Assembly: GCA_965233585.1 (NCBI GenBank) | Contig: CBDDTI010000532.1 | Span: 1-13,488 of the forward strand | Reading direction: 5' to 3' | Source of the DNA: a bacterium | GTDB lineage: Bacteria > SAR324 > NAC60-12 | DNA length: 13,488 bases | Shown here: piece by piece, positions 10,876-13,488 of the stretch | How positions within the stretch are numbered: the first letter of the stretch is position 1 | Layout of the letters: each line of letters opens with the position of its first letter | Position numbers and translations under genes: made by a program | Notes under the pieces: model-generated | What the model was told of the DNA's origin: nothing | Databases searched by the model: none | The model's input: only the letters and a program-made list of their open reading frames with translations

Positions 10876-12280
10876 AAGGCCGGAAAAAGGATGATGTTAT
10901 TCAAGTTCTCTTGAGGTCAGCTTTAACGAACGGTCAGCGGTTACGCGAAGAAGCATAAACACATAATTACGAAGGTTTGCGACTCTTACACCTTCATTCG
11001 ACGATTAATTTCGGCGTAAGTTCTGAAGCTTGGCATCTGGAATTTCAACACCTCCACCCTGATGTCCTCAATTAATGCATCAGTTGCATTTGAACCAATC
11101 TTCTGCTCATAGCATGACAAACTAGCCAGTACGACATGATAAAGAGCGCCCGAAATCAGTAGTCGAAACACCGCATTCCAAGATGTCGATCCGTTAGCTA
11201 AATCAAAGGATGATGGTTCTCCGAACTTTATTGTTCATCCATAAGCAGCTGCAGTATTTTTGCAGGGTTTTACTGTGGTGTGCATCGAAAACGGGAACCA
11301 CGAGTCCAATGCGCGTCACCATTTACATGGATGAAATGGATGAAACGTCAACAAAGAACTAACTTTTCGCGTGATGTACGTTTGGCTCTGAAACGTTTGT
11401 CGCTCGCATTAACTGCCTTTTTTAATGGTCTGTGCAATTTTATTTGGCTGTTATAAATACCTACAAATCTGTTAATCTTGCTTGACAGCGTAATTTTGAG
11501 ATTTTAGTCGCTTTGTTGCAAGAAAAGAGTAATCTGCATAAATTATCCAAAAAACACAAGATGTGGTATTTGAAAAGTACCACATAATTCATCTGCTTAA
11601 AATCTGACAGTAAAACCTCGATAAGCACAATTTATAGGAAACAAACAAAAGATGTAGCTTAAAACTGATGCAATGATGTCATTTTGAAAAAAGATAGCGG
11701 TGAACAAAAAGCACACAAAAATGCAAATTTCTCATAGGTGTACCATGGAAATGGCTTGCGGTGCAAAAACTGATGGATTGCCCGCGGAGTTTTAAGAATC
11801 AAAAGATTCGCAAAGGATGAAATATGCCTATATATTGCCATTTTTGATATAAATCAGAATACCAGTTCGAAAAAAATTTGATCAAACATGTTTTATTTTC
11901 AGCTTTGCCTAAAAACGTTTCACCCCCTTTTCAATGATAATGCCCAGCTGCCGTCAGGGGGGGCTTCGTGAAAAAGTGACACAAGTTTTATGGAGACGAA
12001 AAGTGATGCTTTGCTATGATAGAAAGAAATTTTTAAATAGTTGTATGTTCTTTGAAAAATTTAGATAGCAAAATTTCAATTTTGTGGTAAAAAACGGGAA
12101 AAAATATTGCAATTTTAGGCCTGAACTTCCCCCCCCTGGTGCTCAGTACAGGTTTGCATCAGAAAGCAAACAAATGCCACAGCAAGTAGTTTCATACCAA
12201 GGTTTATATGCACACAAAGTATGACGGAAAGTTTGTGATGACCATTTCCAATTTTGCTCAAGCCTTAGCGACATTCGTTC
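10876..12280 (-). repeat. Right long TIR
   Basis: Reverse complement of 8311-~9710. Inner boundary approximate. Confidence 0.9.
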
Positions 12281-12284
12281 TTAA

Positions 12285-12572
12285 AATTAAAATAAGGGAC
12301 CTGTAATTAGTTTTTCAACTTTTAGAAATATATTTAACAGGGAACTGAAAGACGTTCTAAGCTTCAGAAAGTTCAGAGTTGATACTTGTCAAGAGTGTGA
12401 CAAATCTAAGAATAGGCTTGACAAACTACGATCAATGAGGAATCGATCTAGTAGGCAAGACGACGAAATTCGTGATCTCATAACTCATCGGAGCCTACGC
12501 CTTCGAGAAAGTGAGGTCAGATTTGCGTCCTTGAGATACGATGTCACAGTTCTAGCAGCAAAAGTGTATTGA
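12285..12572 (+). pseudogene. Sola1-like transposase N-terminal half, part 2 (absent from the ORF track)
   Basis: Hand translation from 12291: NKGPVISFSTFRNIFNRELKDVLSFRKFRVDTCQECDKSKNRLDKLRSMRNRSSRQDDEIRDLITHRSLRLRESEVRFASLRYDVTVLAAKVY*. Contains the Sola1 SxxxFRxIF...LSF...DTCxxCD motif; a 1-nt frameshift is needed to join it to part 1. Confidence 0.75.
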
Positions 12573-13115
12573 ATGTAATGAGATAGCTCGGATGAGGAGT
12601 TTACTGGACTTCACAAAATAAACAGGAACAAAAAAATTGTATATTGTTGTATTGTCAGTTTTTTTTCCCCAAAAAATAGCCAGATGAAATGTTTGAAATT
12701 CATTACAAAGTCGATCGGAGACGAAGGCTATAATCTCAGTGACAAAGTGGTATATTATGACCAAATATTTACTATACGAGCTCACTGACCAGACTCAACA
12801 TTTGAGACGTTAATTGTCAGCGGTGATATACTGTCAAACAAACTGCAACTCTTTAAACAATGTGTGGCCATAAACTTGCTTTGACTTTTATCTAGAATGC
12901 ACGGGGGTTAATGTGCCGGACGTCCATAAGTTGCTTACAAGTAATTAGTCAACAAGAATTGTAAGCTTGGTTAATAAGGGATTTATTATGCAACTGAAAA
13001 TGTTCTGAAAAATGCCACGATCACAAACTGGGGAGACTACAAACTTCAAACGCGCAATTCTGATTAGAGGCCAACTAGTAGGATACTCGCGCCTGATGTT
13101 AGACAAAACAGAAGG

Positions 13116-13379
13116 CATGCTCATACCCAGAGGCCGCGCTTCTTTTGGTCAGCACCAAGAGTCGCGACGTCTGGCCTGGTCCAACACCGGAAGTCCGCGA
13201 TTCACGGACTCCACGTCACTCTGCCCATGCTCAGAGTCAAGTGTTACAAATCTGATCGGTTCTGCTCTCAATCTATCGTGTTTACAAAGCCATTCAAAAC
13301 CAGAACGTCGTTGGACCTGGCCAGAGGTCGCGATTCCTGGTGCTGACCAAAAGGAGCGTTGCCTCTGGGGACGAGAATA
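13116..13379. mobile_element. MITE with ~9-bp TSD, superfamily uncertain
   Basis: TIRs CATGCTCATACCCAGAGGCCGCGCTTCTTTTGGTCAGCACCA / TGGTGCTGACCAAAAGGAGCGTTGCCTCTGGGGACGAGAATA; flanks AACAGAAGG (13107-13115) and AACAGAAGA (13380-13388). Confidence 0.8.
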
Positions 13380-13488
13380 AACAGAAGAGAAAGAGAGTTG
13401 GAAAAAAAATAAAAGGAGTGTTCCGTGTGATCAAAAAAGCTCTTCAGAAACGCCATAACACTAACAGAAATCTTTAATACTGATCGTG

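Larger units (their letters stand above)
8311..12280. mobile_element. Non-autonomous Sola3-like DNA transposon (3970 bp)
   Basis: TTAA TSD (8307-8310, 12281-12284); 5'-GAG terminus (right end reads TTC, one change from CTC); ~1.4 kb TIRs; internal Sola3-like peptide remnant. The host transposase homology resumes after 12284. Confidence 0.85.

Noticed and set aside
8749..11841. Two identical 60-aa ORFs (8749-8931 and 11659-11841)
   Set aside because: Mirror images within the TIRs; no coding evidence.
8311..12280. piggyBac or Kolobok assignment from the TTAA TSD
   Set aside because: No CCY terminus; very long TIRs, GAG end and the peptide remnant fit Sola3 better.
12564..12572. GT at 12564 as a splice donor joining the transposase halves
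   Set aside because: Weak donor (GTGTAT), the catalytic half is upstream on the opposite strand, and no acceptor precedes its ATG.
13012..13456. 122-aa and 62-aa ORFs
   Set aside because: Mostly read through the MITE.

Overview
AT-rich eukaryotic DNA made almost entirely of nested mobile elements; the repeat families resemble cnidarian (probably stony-coral) repeats, judged by recognition only. No host gene is evident. (1) 1372-4571 is a four-deep stack (A>B>C>D) of non-coding elements that differ in sequence but share one architecture: a 100-185 bp terminal hairpin, an adjacent 18-23 bp repeat inverted at the far end, and no TSD. B, C and D each sit in a TAT^N6-ATA palindrome carried by the previous element, and D still has an empty site. 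The hairpins have GNA triloops and tandem G.A mismatches that are stable on one DNA strand only. Two more relatives lie at 1175-1358 and ~5463-5957. (2) A Sola1-type transposase is split into two divergent halves: an intact catalytic ORF (6018-6956, minus) and a pseudogenised N-terminal half (7570-12572, plus). (3) That N-terminal half is interrupted at TTAA by a 3970-bp non-autonomous Sola3-like element with ~1.4 kb TIRs (8311-12280). (4) The rest includes a TA-flanked Tc1/pogo-like element, two TTA-flanked Harbinger-like MITEs and a MITE with a ~9-bp TSD. All alignments were done by eye, without database searches.
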